DNA of 64,000 nt from a bacterium (GTDB lineage Bacteria > Oederibacteriota > PGYV01 > Palsa-1178): positions 3,728 through 67,727 of the forward strand of contig JBAXIL010000002.1 of assembly GCA_037138355.1 (NCBI GenBank), read 5' to 3'. Numbering within the stretch: the first letter of the stretch is position 1; each line of letters starts with the position of its first letter. A program made the position numbers and the translations under genes. The notes under the pieces were generated by a model that was not told the DNA's origin, did not search any database, and saw only the letters and a list, made by a program, of their open reading frames with translations. This document shows, in pieces, positions 19,665 to 29,569 of this stretch.

Positions 19665-20477
19665 TTACTCATTGACTAAATCGTAAATTTCTTTTAACTT
19701 TCTCAACACTGGTTCAACTTTATCAAGCGCATATTGCGAATCTTTATCAGACAAAGCCTTTTTCGGATTAGGATGGACCTCCATAAATACACCTGTTGCC
19801 CCTGCAGCTACTGCTCCTCTGGCTATGGTATCAATATATTCCCTATCGGCTCCGCTACGGTTTCCAGCTCCACCAGGACGCTGAACAGCATGAGTAGCAT
19901 CAATAATAACTGGATAACCAGTTTTTCTCATATATGCTATGGATTTCAAATCAACCACCAAATTATTATAACCAAAAGAAAAACCTCTCTCTGTTAACAT
20001 TATTTCCTTGTTTCCTGTTGATAGAGCTTTTTGTATTATGTTATCCATTTCAAAAGGTGATAAAAACTGTCCCTTTTTAATATTAATTATTTTTCCTGTT
20101 TTTGCAGCAGCAACTATTAAATCTGTCTGCCTACACAAAAATGCAGGTATTTGTAATATATCAACAACCTTTGCTGTTTGAACCACATCTTTTGTTTCAT
20201 GAACATCAGTTAATACTGGAAGAGAAAGCTTTTCTTTTATCTTTGCCATAAGATTTAGACCTTTTTTTATTCCTGGTCCACGAAAACTTCCAAGAGAGGT
20301 ACGATTCGCTTTATCATAGGAGGCTTTGAAAACAAAAGGCATACCCAATCTTTGCGTTATTTCTTTAAGCTTCTCAGCTATCAAAAAAGCCATTTTTTCA
20401 TTTTCTATAACACAAGGACCAGCAATTAAGAAAAGTCCTTTTCCTGTAATCTCAGAGTATTTTTTTGAAAGTTTCAT
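19665..20477 (-). CDS. kdsA: 3-deoxy-8-phosphooctulonate (KDO8P) synthase
   Basis: 270 aa with MKLSKKYSEITGKGLFLIAGPCVIENE, a DAHP/KDO8P synthase family signature. Confidence 0.92.
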   Translation of the reverse strand: MKLSKKYSEITGKGLFLIAGPCVIENEKMAFLIAEKLKEITQRLGMPFVFKASYDKANRTSLGSFRGPGIKKGLNLMAKIKEKLSLPVLTDVHETKDVVQTAKVVDILQIPAFLCRQTDLIVAAAKTGKIINIKKGQFLSPFEMDNIIQKALSTGNKEIMLTERGFSFGYNNLVVDLKSIAYMRKTGYPVIIDATHAVQRPGGAGNRSGADREYIDTIARGAVAAGATGVFMEVHPNPKKALSDKDSQYALDKVEPVLRKLKEIYDLVNE

Positions 20478-20697
20478 TTTTCACCGCATTTTTGCCTTTG
20501 GCAATACTGCCTGTGGCATTTTTGTCTTCAACCATCCACTCCATTATTATATTTTTTATCATTTTTTCTAATGGCATATTATATTTTTTTGCAAGTGCTT
20601 GTATAGCATCATACTTTGCTTGTGCCGACAAGAACTTGGCCTTAGCAAATTTCAGCAGATCTTCCTGCATCTCACTGCTGGGTTTTTGCGGTTCCAT
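20452..20697 (-). CDS. hypothetical small protein (81 aa) between pyrG and kdsA
   Basis: The ORF starts immediately after the pyrG stop and overlaps the kdsA start by 26 nt. It is helical and Lys-rich. No recognisable family. Confidence 0.4.
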   Translation of the reverse strand: MEPQKPSSEMQEDLLKFAKAKFLSAQAKYDAIQALAKKYNMPLEKMIKNIIMEWMVEDKNATGSIAKGKNAVKNETFKKIL

Positions 20698-22356
20698 TTA
20701 TTTTCCTTTCTTTTTATCAATCGATGCCTTTATAAACTCTCTGAATAAAGGATGTGGAGCTCTTGCTTTTGACTTAAATTCTGGGTGAAACTGAACTGCT
20801 ATAAACCATGGATGTTTAATGTATTCAATCATTTCTACAAGAAAACCGTCTGGAGAAGTTCCAGTTATAATAAAACCATTCTCTTCAAATTTATCCCTGT
20901 ATAAGCTATTGAACTCATATCTGTGCCTGTGCCGTTCAAAAATAAACTTTTCCTTATATGCTGCATATGATTTCGTAGCAGGTTTAACCTTACAAGGATA
21001 TGCACCCAATCTCATGGATGCGCCCATATACTCTATGTGTTTTTGTTCTTCAAGTTTTGATATTACTGGATATCTTGTTTTACTTTCAAATTCGGTTGAA
21101 TTTGCACTTTTCATACCCAAAACATGTCTGGCAAACTCAATTACCGAAACCTGCATTCCCAAACAAATACCAAAGTATGGTATTTTCTTTTCTCTGGCAT
21201 ATTGAATTGCTGCAATCTTTCCTTCTATGCCTCTCGTACCAAATCCTCCTGGAACAAGCACACCGTGTATTCCAGCAAATAACTTTCCAACCTGTTTACT
21301 TTTCATTAATGGCTCAATATCTTTTTCAGAATCAATCCATTTTATATTTACTTTTACATTATTACCTATACCACCGTGTAGTATTGCTTCTTTTATAGAT
21401 TTATAAGCATCTTGAACTTCAACATATTTACCAACTACCGCTATGTTAACCTCGCCTATTGGAAATTTAATTTTTCTAACGATATTATCCCATGTCTTTA
21501 AATTAATTTTTTTTGCTTTTAAACCAAGCTTCTTTACAATCAAATCATCTAAACCTTGTTGATGAAACATTCTTGGCACTTCATATATAGTAGGCACATC
21601 AAATGCCTGAATAACTGCATCATAGTCAACATTACAAAAAAGCGCTATTTTATCTCTCTCGCCTTTTGACATCTTCATTTCAGTTCTGCATAAAAGTACA
21701 TCTGGCTGAATACCGATTGAACGCAATTGTGCCACTGAATGCTGAGTTGGCTTAGTTTTAATTTCCCCAGCGGCTTTAATATATGGAACTAAGGTCAAGT
21801 GAACATACAACACATTATCACGACCTAAATCCTGCTGCATTTGCCTAATTGCCTCAAGAAAAGGCTGACTTTCTATATCACCAACCGTACCACCTATCTC
21901 TATTATCGCAACTTCAATATCCGTTCCCTTTAAAAGAGATTTCAACCTGTCTTTAATCTCATTAGTTACATGAGGAATTACCTGCACGGTTTTACCAAGG
22001 TAATCACCACGGCGTTCTCTGTCTATAATTACGCTATATATCTTTCCCGTTGTAACATTATTTTCCTTCGTAAGCACAGCATTTGTAAATCTTTCATAAT
22101 GACCTAAATCAAGATCTGTTTCAGCACCATCTTCAGTGACATAAACCTCGCCATGCTGAAAAGGACTCATTGTTCCAGGATCTACATTTAAATAAGGATC
22201 GTATTTTTGCATTGTAATTTTTACTCCGCGAGCTTCTAATAAAGCAGCGATAGAAGATGCCGCAATCCCCTTACCAAGTGATGAAACAACTCCTCCAGTT
22301 ACAAAAATATACTTTTTACCCTTCACATAGCACCTCATTATGATTGCAGAATTCAC
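20698..22356 (-). CDS. pyrG: CTP synthase
   Basis: The conserved N-terminus [15 protein letters not shown] is present, plus a GATase domain (GICLGMQ, HRHRYE). The true start may be the internal MRC at 22338. Confidence 0.93.
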   Translation of the reverse strand: MNSAIIMRCYVKGKKYIFVTGGVVSSLGKGIAASSIAALLEARGVKITMQKYDPYLNVDPGTMSPFQHGEVYVTEDGAETDLDLGHYERFTNAVLTKENNVTTGKIYSVIIDRERRGDYLGKTVQVIPHVTNEIKDRLKSLLKGTDIEVAIIEIGGTVGDIESQPFLEAIRQMQQDLGRDNVLYVHLTLVPYIKAAGEIKTKPTQHSVAQLRSIGIQPDVLLCRTEMKMSKGERDKIALFCNVDYDAVIQAFDVPTIYEVPRMFHQQGLDDLIVKKLGLKAKKINLKTWDNIVRKIKFPIGEVNIAVVGKYVEVQDAYKSIKEAILHGGIGNNVKVNIKWIDSEKDIEPLMKSKQVGKLFAGIHGVLVPGGFGTRGIEGKIAAIQYAREKKIPYFGICLGMQVSVIEFARHVLGMKSANSTEFESKTRYPVISKLEEQKHIEYMGASMRLGAYPCKVKPATKSYAAYKEKFIFERHRHRYEFNSLYRDKFEENGFIITGTSPDGFLVEMIEYIKHPWFIAVQFHPEFKSKARAPHPLFREFIKASIDKKKGK

Positions 22357-22398
22357 AACCTAAAATTATAAATCCAAAATCCTGAAAACATTTGCCTT

Positions 22399-23130
22399 CT
22401 AAATTATTTTTTTTAATTTAGCAAAATCTTGTTTTGTATCTATTCCAATACTCTTGCTTTTAACTACAACAACTTTAATTTTGCAACCATTTTCCAACAT
22501 TCTTAATTGCTCAAGTTTTTCTACGCCTTCATATCTGCTATCAAACTTAAGCCACCTGTCAAGAACGCTTTTTTTATAAGCATACAAGCCAATATGTTTT
22601 AGGTACACTCCCGGCTTTAACTTTGCCTCATCACGGTTATAAGGTATTGCCGCTCTTGAAAAATACAAAGCATTTGAAAAAGAATCCAACACTACCTTAA
22701 CTACTGAGGTATTATTAATTTCTTTATTAGAAACAAGAACAGAGGCCAATGTAGAGGCCTCACATGACTTATCCTCAATCAATGCCTTTATGGCCTTATC
22801 AATAAAAACAGGTTCCAATAAAGGCTCATCGCCTTGTATATTTACTACGATATCATTCATATTTGCTCGTATTGATTTTAATGCTTCCCTTATGCGTTCT
22901 GTTCCAGATTTACATGAGGCTGGCGTCATTATTACTTTCCCACCAGCCGCTTCTATCACATTTTTTATTTTCACGCTATCAGTAGCCACAAATAACTGCT
23001 TTATAGAATTTGCCTTTTTAGCATTGGCATAAACCATTTCTATCAAACTTTTTCCTTTTATTTTAGCAAGCATCTTTTCCGGAAACCTGGTTGATTTCAA
23101 CCTTGCCGGTATTATTCCAATAATATTCAT
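22399..23130 (-). CDS. kdsB: 3-deoxy-manno-octulosonate cytidylyltransferase (CMP-KDO synthetase)
   Basis: 243 aa with MNIIGIIPARLKSTRFPEKML, the KdsB signature. Confidence 0.9.
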   Translation of the reverse strand: MNIIGIIPARLKSTRFPEKMLAKIKGKSLIEMVYANAKKANSIKQLFVATDSVKIKNVIEAAGGKVIMTPASCKSGTERIREALKSIRANMNDIVVNIQGDEPLLEPVFIDKAIKALIEDKSCEASTLASVLVSNKEINNTSVVKVVLDSFSNALYFSRAAIPYNRDEAKLKPGVYLKHIGLYAYKKSVLDRWLKFDSRYEGVEKLEQLRMLENGCKIKVVVVKSKSIGIDTKQDFAKLKKII

Positions 23131-23174
23131 AGAACTCCTTTATAATTTATAACAAAAAAAATTACTACTATCAC

Positions 23175-23666
23175 TTAATTGTAATATTTTAATACCTTTG
23201 CAATTATATTTGTTGTTGATTTGCCTTTAACATAAGGAACATTTTTAACTTTTCCACCAGCTGCAAGAACGATATCGGCTCCTATTATCTTATTCAGTGG
23301 CCAATCACCACCTTTTACCAACACATCTGGGACAATGTCCTTTATTATATTATAAGGATCCTTTTCTTCAAACAATGTGACTATGTCCACGCATTCCAAA
23401 GCCGACATTACTTCAGCCCTCTCGGCTTGAGCTGTCACAGGACGCTTTGGACCTTTAATTTGCCTAACTGACGCATCACTATTTAGCGCCAAAATTAAAA
23501 TATCGCCCATTTTTTTTGCAGCGATTAAGAACCTAACATGACCACCATGAATTAAATCATAACAGCCGTTTGTAAATACTATTTTATTTCCATTGTCTTT
23601 CAGTTTTTCCACTGTGGCAATTAGTTTTTTTCTATCAAAAATTACTTTATCAATTTTTTTCATCAA
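23175..23666 (-). CDS. hldC: D-beta-D-heptose 1-phosphate adenylyltransferase (HldE domain II-type, stand-alone), copy 1
   Basis: 163 aa cytidylyltransferase-like protein with FTNGCYDLIHGGHVRFL, the HxGH motif. It overlaps the upstream kinase gene. Confidence 0.85.
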   Translation of the reverse strand: MMKKIDKVIFDRKKLIATVEKLKDNGNKIVFTNGCYDLIHGGHVRFLIAAKKMGDILILALNSDASVRQIKGPKRPVTAQAERAEVMSALECVDIVTLFEEKDPYNIIKDIVPDVLVKGGDWPLNKIIGADIVLAAGGKVKNVPYVKGKSTTNIIAKVLKYYN

Positions 23667-24651
23667 CCGCTGCTTTTAATTCTTTTATATTGAGAGTTAC
23701 TACACCTACTTCGGCTACTACTTCTCCAGCCGCTATATTAGAAAGCACTGCTGCTTCATCAAAAGAGGAACCTGAAGCAAGTGCCAGTGTAACCACAGAA
23801 ATCACAGTATCTCCAGCGCCAGTCACATCAAATACTTCCCTTGCCACTGTCGGTACCGAACGCATTCGACCGCCTTCATATAAAGACATACCTTCTTCTC
23901 CGCGTGTGATAAGTATGGCAGCTGAATTCGTGATATTTTTTAATATTTTAGCAGCAGCTAAAACCTGCTCTTCATTTGATATTTGTATCCCAGTTGCTTC
24001 TGAAGCCTCTTTTTTATTGGGAGAAATCAATGTCACATTGTTAAATATGCTCACATTATCTGGTTTAGGATCTACTGTCACTATCTTGCCTTTAGCCAAA
24101 CTCATAATGCCTGACACAAGTCCACTTGTGAGCAACCCTTTATCGTAATCAGAAAATACTACAGCATCCATATTTTTCATGATTTTTGTTATTTTTCCAA
24201 TGATAATTTTTGCGGTCGCCAACGAAATATCATTTTTTTGTTCTTTATCAATACGCACCACCTGCTGATGGTGAGCAATTACTCTGGTCTTAACTGTGGT
24301 TGGTCTATTTTTATCTGTGACAATAGCAGAGACATCCACATTTTCTTTTTTTAAATACGAAGTAAGCTTTTTAGCTTTGTCATCTTGTCCAATCACACCC
24401 GCGGCATAAACTTTTGCACCTAATGACACAAGGTTCAATATTACATTTGCTGCTCCGCCTGGTTTAGCATCCTCTTTTTGTACTTCCACTACTGGAATTG
24501 GAGCTTCTGGTGAGATTCTGGAAACCTTGCCCCATATATACTCGTCTATCATTAAATCTCCAACCACGAGTATTTTCTTATTTTTAAATTTATGAATTAT
24601 TTTTTTTAATGTTGCTTTACTTATTTTATTCAACTTAAATTTCTCCCGCAA
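23650..24651 (-). CDS. hldA: D-beta-D-heptose 7-phosphate kinase (HldE domain I-type, stand-alone), copy 1
   Basis: 333 aa of the ribokinase/pfkB family ([20 protein letters not shown]). Confidence 0.85.
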   Translation of the reverse strand: MREKFKLNKISKATLKKIIHKFKNKKILVVGDLMIDEYIWGKVSRISPEAPIPVVEVQKEDAKPGGAANVILNLVSLGAKVYAAGVIGQDDKAKKLTSYLKKENVDVSAIVTDKNRPTTVKTRVIAHHQQVVRIDKEQKNDISLATAKIIIGKITKIMKNMDAVVFSDYDKGLLTSGLVSGIMSLAKGKIVTVDPKPDNVSIFNNVTLISPNKKEASEATGIQISNEEQVLAAAKILKNITNSAAILITRGEEGMSLYEGGRMRSVPTVAREVFDVTGAGDTVISVVTLALASGSSFDEAAVLSNIAAGEVVAEVGVVTLNIKELKAAVDEKN

Positions 24652-25210
24652 GTTTTTTTTCTACAAGATCACAAATTACATGAAAATAAGTTATGTGCGT
24701 TTCCTGAATTCTCATAGTATTAGATGATTTAACGTCTATCAGTATGTCACAAAGCTTCGCCATTTTACCGCCACCTTGACCTGTAAAACCAATTACCTGC
24801 ATGCCATGTCTTTTAGCTTCCCTAATCGCAAGAATGACATTTTTTGAATTACCAGAAGTAGAAATGGCTATTGCTGCATCACCAAAATTACCCAATGCCT
24901 CAACCTGCCTTTCAAATACTCTATCAAAACCATAATCATTTCCACAGGAAGTAAGAATCGAGGAATCAGTAGTTAAAGCAATAGCAGGATATCCTCTGCG
25001 CTCCAACTTCAAACGCACAACAAACTCAGCTGCAATATGTTGGGCATCAGCGGCTGAACCGCCATTACCAAATATAAGGATTTTATTACCAGCGTGAAGA
25101 GTGGAGTATAGAGAGTCAACTGCCTTTTGAAGTTTTGACTTGTTGCCTTTATAACTTTTTAATTTTACAACACAACTTTCCTTAATTGACTTTTCAAAAT
25201 AATCTGCCAT
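24635..25210 (-). CDS. gmhA: phosphoheptose isomerase (sedoheptulose-7-P isomerase)
   Basis: 191 aa SIS-domain protein ([20 protein letters not shown]). Confidence 0.88.
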   Translation of the reverse strand: MADYFEKSIKESCVVKLKSYKGNKSKLQKAVDSLYSTLHAGNKILIFGNGGSAADAQHIAAEFVVRLKLERRGYPAIALTTDSSILTSCGNDYGFDRVFERQVEALGNFGDAAIAISTSGNSKNVILAIREAKRHGMQVIGFTGQGGGKMAKLCDILIDVKSSNTMRIQETHITYFHVICDLVEKKLAGEI

Positions 25211-25322
25211 AACAGCTCCCTTTGTCTTAGGATATATAATTATAATAGGTTTGGACTAGTTTAGTCAACGACAAAGTGTAAAAAACTATCCCAGACCGTT
25301 TGTCTTTATAATAAAAACTTAA

Positions 25323-26375
25323 TCACTCTGCCTTTACAACATCCGCCGATTGCAATATCACATCTATAGTTCCAATCGCTATTTGACTTTTAATAATTAC
25401 TGGCATTAAGTTTTTATCATTAGTAAGCCATATCCAAATATCGCCTTTTTGTCTAAAAATTCCTTCATATTTCAAAAAAGGTTGAACCACTATACAATCA
25501 AATTCACCTGCATCAGTTGTGACTTTTTCATTACGCAGTTTTTTTACTACTATCTGATATGTTTTACATTCGTCTGAAGATACATCTATCTTTATTTCAT
25601 TTTCACCTTTATATACACTTCTAAAATAATAAAACTCAGACAAAACATCCTGAACAAAAGGAACAATGTCGCACTTGTCACCATTGTTTTTTACCGCAAA
25701 TGATTGCTCGTGGTTAAAGTCCATTATTGTGGTATTACGATACCCACCTTCCTCAAGTTTTTTTGAATATTTCCACGAAAATAAACCCATTACATCCATA
25801 TAAGTTGATATGACATCCTTGACTCTATAAAACGGCTCAAAAAATGGCGCTGTTCTGGCTGTAGCATCTATATGATATACCTGTCTGTCATTATATTTTT
25901 CTATGTCTTTTACTTCCAGAACAGCAATACCTGCTGTTACACCAAAATACTTTACCCCAAAGGTAAGCTTTTCACCAACTCCAAAGGCCTTATTTTCAGT
26001 TACCCTGTAAACAAAATTACTTTTATTCTTAACATCTTCATTATCGTCTAAACTTTCACATAAAACTGATATGTTAATTATAATGCCTTCCTTTAGTATA
26101 ATATCTTCTTTAAGAGAATTTGATAATGCCAATTTATTCCAAAGCGACCCTTTGCCTGAAATTGCTTTTGATATTTTCCATAAGCTATCACCTTTTCGAA
26201 CTTTATAAAGCATGCTTGAATCTACGGAAGAATTCTTTTCATTTTGCTTTTGTGCTTCAGCTCTAACTAATCTTTCACCTTGAGTCACTTCAAGAATAGA
26301 AACTTTATTTTGAATAGTAGCGCAGGATGAAAGTACAAAAACAATCAACCCATAAAGGAAAATATGTTTTTTCAT
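25323..26375 (-). CDS. lipoprotein with LysM domain and C-terminal DUF3108-like domain
   Basis: Signal with lipobox (LSSC). LysM segment YKVRKGDSLWKISKAISGKGSLWNKLALSN. The C-terminal part (HIDATARTAPFFEPFYRVKD ... TTDAGEFDCIVVQPF) is DUF3108-like. It is embedded in the heptose/LPS cluster. Confidence 0.7.
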   Translation of the reverse strand: MKKHIFLYGLIVFVLSSCATIQNKVSILEVTQGERLVRAEAQKQNEKNSSVDSSMLYKVRKGDSLWKISKAISGKGSLWNKLALSNSLKEDIILKEGIIINISVLCESLDDNEDVKNKSNFVYRVTENKAFGVGEKLTFGVKYFGVTAGIAVLEVKDIEKYNDRQVYHIDATARTAPFFEPFYRVKDVISTYMDVMGLFSWKYSKKLEEGGYRNTTIMDFNHEQSFAVKNNGDKCDIVPFVQDVLSEFYYFRSVYKGENEIKIDVSSDECKTYQIVVKKLRNEKVTTDAGEFDCIVVQPFLKYEGIFRQKGDIWIWLTNDKNLMPVIIKSQIAIGTIDVILQSADVVKAE

Positions 26376-27352
26376 CTGTTTATGAGTTCCTTTAATTTTG
26401 ATAATATAATTTTTCTATCAATCAAATCCATATCTTGGGGCTTTGGGTTATTATTTTTTGGTTGTATTATGACTTGCTTATTTCCAAGACAGGCCCATCT
26501 TTTTGGTTTCATTGAAGCAATTGTATCTGGGGGAAAAAAGCTCAATGTCTTTACTCCAAGCGCTGCTGCAATGTGCATTGGTCCCGTAGAACTACTTATC
26601 AAAACTTCAGCCTGAGCAATAACTCCAGCAAACTGTCGCATTGTCAATTCTTCGTTCATTATAAAAATATTATTTTTTTGTGTCATATTATTTTTAATTT
26701 TATTTAACAAATCCTTTTCAGTTTTTCCACCTGTCAATAGAATATGATATCCGTCTTCCAGTATTTCATCCGCCAGCTTTGAATATACCACTTCACTCAA
26801 GTTCCAAGCTGAGCCTTTGCTCCCTGGGTGGATAATGATAAACCCAGAACCTATTCCTTTTTGCTTGATATATTCAAGACCATTTTGCTTTTCTTTTTCT
26901 GTAATGAAATAATATTCTTTCACTGCAGTGACATTGTCTAATAATTTTCCTGCAGTCATTAAATTATAATCTGCTTCGCTTTTCTCTGATTTTTTTCTGC
27001 TCATTGCTACTTTTTGATTATATAGGAAAGAATACCATCTTGAGGCTGTTCCGTATCTTTGAGGGATACCTGTTTTAAAGAAATACCAAGCAAGTTCAGG
27101 ACGAGGATAAGCAGCAATCACTGTATCAAACTTTTCAGTTTTGAGTTTTGATAAGAGTAGGTCAGGCCGTTTTTTATCATATATTATCGTGCTGTAAACA
27201 TTTGGATTATTCAGAAGAAGGTCATTGGCATATTGAGAGACAAGGACAGTTATTTTTACAGCTGGATATTTGGCTTTAACTTCCTTTATGAGCGGAGTCG
27301 TGAGTAGTAAATCACCAATACCATCTGTTCTGGATATTAAGATTTTATCCAT
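26372..27352 (-). CDS. LPS heptosyltransferase (glycosyltransferase family 9; WaaC/WaaF/WaaQ-like)
   Basis: 326 aa with MDKILISRTDGIGDLLLTTPLI and a GT9 C-terminal region. Which heptosyltransferase it is cannot be told from sequence alone. Confidence 0.85.
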   Translation of the reverse strand: MDKILISRTDGIGDLLLTTPLIKEVKAKYPAVKITVLVSQYANDLLLNNPNVYSTIIYDKKRPDLLLSKLKTEKFDTVIAAYPRPELAWYFFKTGIPQRYGTASRWYSFLYNQKVAMSRKKSEKSEADYNLMTAGKLLDNVTAVKEYYFITEKEKQNGLEYIKQKGIGSGFIIIHPGSKGSAWNLSEVVYSKLADEILEDGYHILLTGGKTEKDLLNKIKNNMTQKNNIFIMNEELTMRQFAGVIAQAEVLISSSTGPMHIAAALGVKTLSFFPPDTIASMKPKRWACLGNKQVIIQPKNNNPKPQDMDLIDRKIILSKLKELINR

Positions 27353-27435
27353 TTTATGTCCTTTATTGATCTCAAAGCACTTATCCCAAAATCAAAGTTT
27401 AAATATACTTTAGGAAAAAGAACTTTGGGTTGAAA

Positions 27436-27912
27436 CTATTTATATTTTTCTATTATTGTCTTTATGATATCTTTAGTTGAGTGATCTTTAGAGTCGCCCA
27501 CAATCGCTATCTTAATCCCAAACTTCTTTGCCATTTCTTTTTCTGGGACTGTATCTAAAGTATAGTCAGTCCCTTTACAATGATAAGTTGGTAAAAGTAT
27601 TTGTAATGTTTTATCAACGGTTAATTCATTAAATATAACTATGTAATCCACAAACTCAAAAGCAGACATAATCTCTGCCCTCTCACGCTGATTGACAAGA
27701 GGTCTGCCTTTTCCTTTAAGTTTTCTGACAGATGAATCCGAGTTTAAGCCGAGTACAAGTGTGTCACCTTTTCCCTTTGCGGCTTTTAGAAATCTTATAT
27801 GTCCCACATGAAGTATATCAAAGCAACCATTGGCAAAAGCGACTTTTTTACCCTGTTTTTTCAATTTTGCCACAATCTTTGAAAGTGCTTCCCTGCTTTT
27901 AACTTTAGACAT
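27436..27912 (-). CDS. hldC: D-beta-D-heptose 1-phosphate adenylyltransferase-like (HldE domain II-type), copy 2
   Basis: 158 aa with FANGCFDILHVGHIRFL. It is a paralogue of the protein at 23175-23666. Confidence 0.85.
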   Translation of the reverse strand: MSKVKSREALSKIVAKLKKQGKKVAFANGCFDILHVGHIRFLKAAKGKGDTLVLGLNSDSSVRKLKGKGRPLVNQRERAEIMSAFEFVDYIVIFNELTVDKTLQILLPTYHCKGTDYTLDTVPEKEMAKKFGIKIAIVGDSKDHSTKDIIKTIIEKYK

Positions 27913-28888
27913 TTTTAAGTGCTCCCTTTAGCTCATTTACTGTTACAGTTGCAACTCCTCGTTTCATTACCACAAGTCCGCCACCTATATTTGCCAAATA
28001 AGCCGCATCAGCTAACTTTGCTCCGCAAGCTAAAGCGATTGAAATGATTGACGAAACCGTGTCACCTGCACCAGATACATCCACAATCTCATCTGTGCCA
28101 AAAGGAGTAACTTTTACAATTTTCTTATTTTCAAACACTATCATGCCTCTGCTCCCACGAGTTACAATCATACCCTTCGCTTTCATCATTGTTGCAAGTT
28201 TTTTTACAATATATTCTACATTTTTTTCTTCATACTTTTCAAAATCAACAGCAGGACCTGCTTCTGTTTCATTTGGTGTCGCAGTTGCAACATATTTGAA
28301 TTTTTTCAACCCATAACGCGAATCAACAACAACTTTTTTTCCTTTTTTAGCGAGTGCGTTTACAGTTTTAATTACTTCGTCGGTTATCATACCGCTTCCA
28401 TAATCTGATACAAGAATTACATCTATATTAGCAGCGGCCTTTTTAATATTTTCTATTAACTTTAATTCAATTTGCTTGTCCATTATTCCTTCGTTATACC
28501 TATCGATCCTTACTATCTGCTGTTTCACTGTATGAACTGAACCTGCCATAACTCTGGTTTTTACAGGGATGCTGTAATTTTCTGTCTTTACTATAAAAGA
28601 AGCATCAACTCCCTTTTCTTTCATCATGTTAAGCAAAATCTCTGAATATTCATCTGTTCCAACAATTGAAACCGGTATAGGAATAGCACCCAAATCAACA
28701 ATATTCATTACTGGATTTGCTCCGCCACCTGCAAGGTAAGTTGTTTTATTATATTTCAATATTAGAACAGGAGCTTCTCTTGAAATGCGTTCTGTTTCAC
28801 CATATAGGTATTCATCAAGTATAAAATCCCCTAAAACTAAAACTTTTTGTCCTTTAAACTTGTCTATTATTGAAGCGTATTTATTCAT
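27905..28888 (-). CDS. hldA: D-beta-D-heptose 7-phosphate kinase-like (HldE domain I-type), copy 2
   Basis: 327 aa of the ribokinase family (VLVLGDFILDEY, DVSGAGDT). It is a paralogue of the protein at 23650-24651. Confidence 0.85.
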   Translation of the reverse strand: MNKYASIIDKFKGQKVLVLGDFILDEYLYGETERISREAPVLILKYNKTTYLAGGGANPVMNIVDLGAIPIPVSIVGTDEYSEILLNMMKEKGVDASFIVKTENYSIPVKTRVMAGSVHTVKQQIVRIDRYNEGIMDKQIELKLIENIKKAAANIDVILVSDYGSGMITDEVIKTVNALAKKGKKVVVDSRYGLKKFKYVATATPNETEAGPAVDFEKYEEKNVEYIVKKLATMMKAKGMIVTRGSRGMIVFENKKIVKVTPFGTDEIVDVSGAGDTVSSIISIALACGAKLADAAYLANIGGGLVVMKRGVATVTVNELKGALKNV

Positions 28889-28974
28889 ATTGTTCTCCTT
28901 GTTTGCGTGATACGGTTACCTTCTGCCGTCCACCATAATTTATAAACTGAAATTGCATTAATAATACCTGCGTC

Positions 28975-28998
28975 AGAGAGGCAGCAAGCAGCCTCTCT
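28975..28998 (-). promoter_or_regulatory. perfect 8-bp GC-rich hairpin overlapping the gmhB stop codon
   Basis: On the plus strand AGAGAGGC-AGCAAGCA-GCCTCTCT. No U-tract follows on either strand. Possible RNA processing or stability element between gmhB and hldA copy 2. Confidence 0.3.
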
Positions 28999-29569
28999 AC
29001 ACTATCAAGAACTTAACTGCTTGATAAAAATCTTTGGCTATAAAGTCAGGTTTGTCATAAGCTAATTTGATGAGCTTCTTTTCTTCCTTGCCGTATCCAG
29101 TAAGAACAAGCGCGGTTTTCATTTTAGCATTCTTACCCAAATGAACATCCGTCAATTTGTCCCCTATTACAAAACTTTGCTTAAGATCTATGTTGAATTT
29201 TTTTTGAGCGGCTTTAATCATGCCAATTTTAGGTTTTCTACACTCACAATCTTTCAAATATTTTTTTAAAACTGCCTTTTTAGGATGATGAGGACAATAA
29301 TAATATGCGTCTATTTTCAGAAAATATTTTTTTAAAAAAGCTGTTATGTGTTTATGTACTTCTTTTACAAAGGTCTCTTTTATGTACCCTCTTGCCACAC
29401 CGGACTGATTTGTCACGACTATTACTTTATATCCAGCAGCTTTGAGCAACTGCATAGCTTTAATAGAGCGAGAATAAAACTTAATTTTTTTCAGAGAGCT
29501 TATATATCCCACTTCATGAATGAGATTACCATCACGGTCAATAAATGCAGCTTTACTTTTGTATTTCAT
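28997..29569 (-). CDS. gmhB: D-glycero-D-manno-heptose 1,7-bisphosphate phosphatase
   Basis: 190 aa HAD phosphatase (AAFIDRDGNL) with the GmhB zinc site C-x-H-H-x...C-x-C (CPHHP...CECRKP). Confidence 0.85.
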   Translation of the reverse strand: MKYKSKAAFIDRDGNLIHEVGYISSLKKIKFYSRSIKAMQLLKAAGYKVIVVTNQSGVARGYIKETFVKEVHKHITAFLKKYFLKIDAYYYCPHHPKKAVLKKYLKDCECRKPKIGMIKAAQKKFNIDLKQSFVIGDKLTDVHLGKNAKMKTALVLTGYGKEEKKLIKLAYDKPDFIAKDFYQAVKFLIV

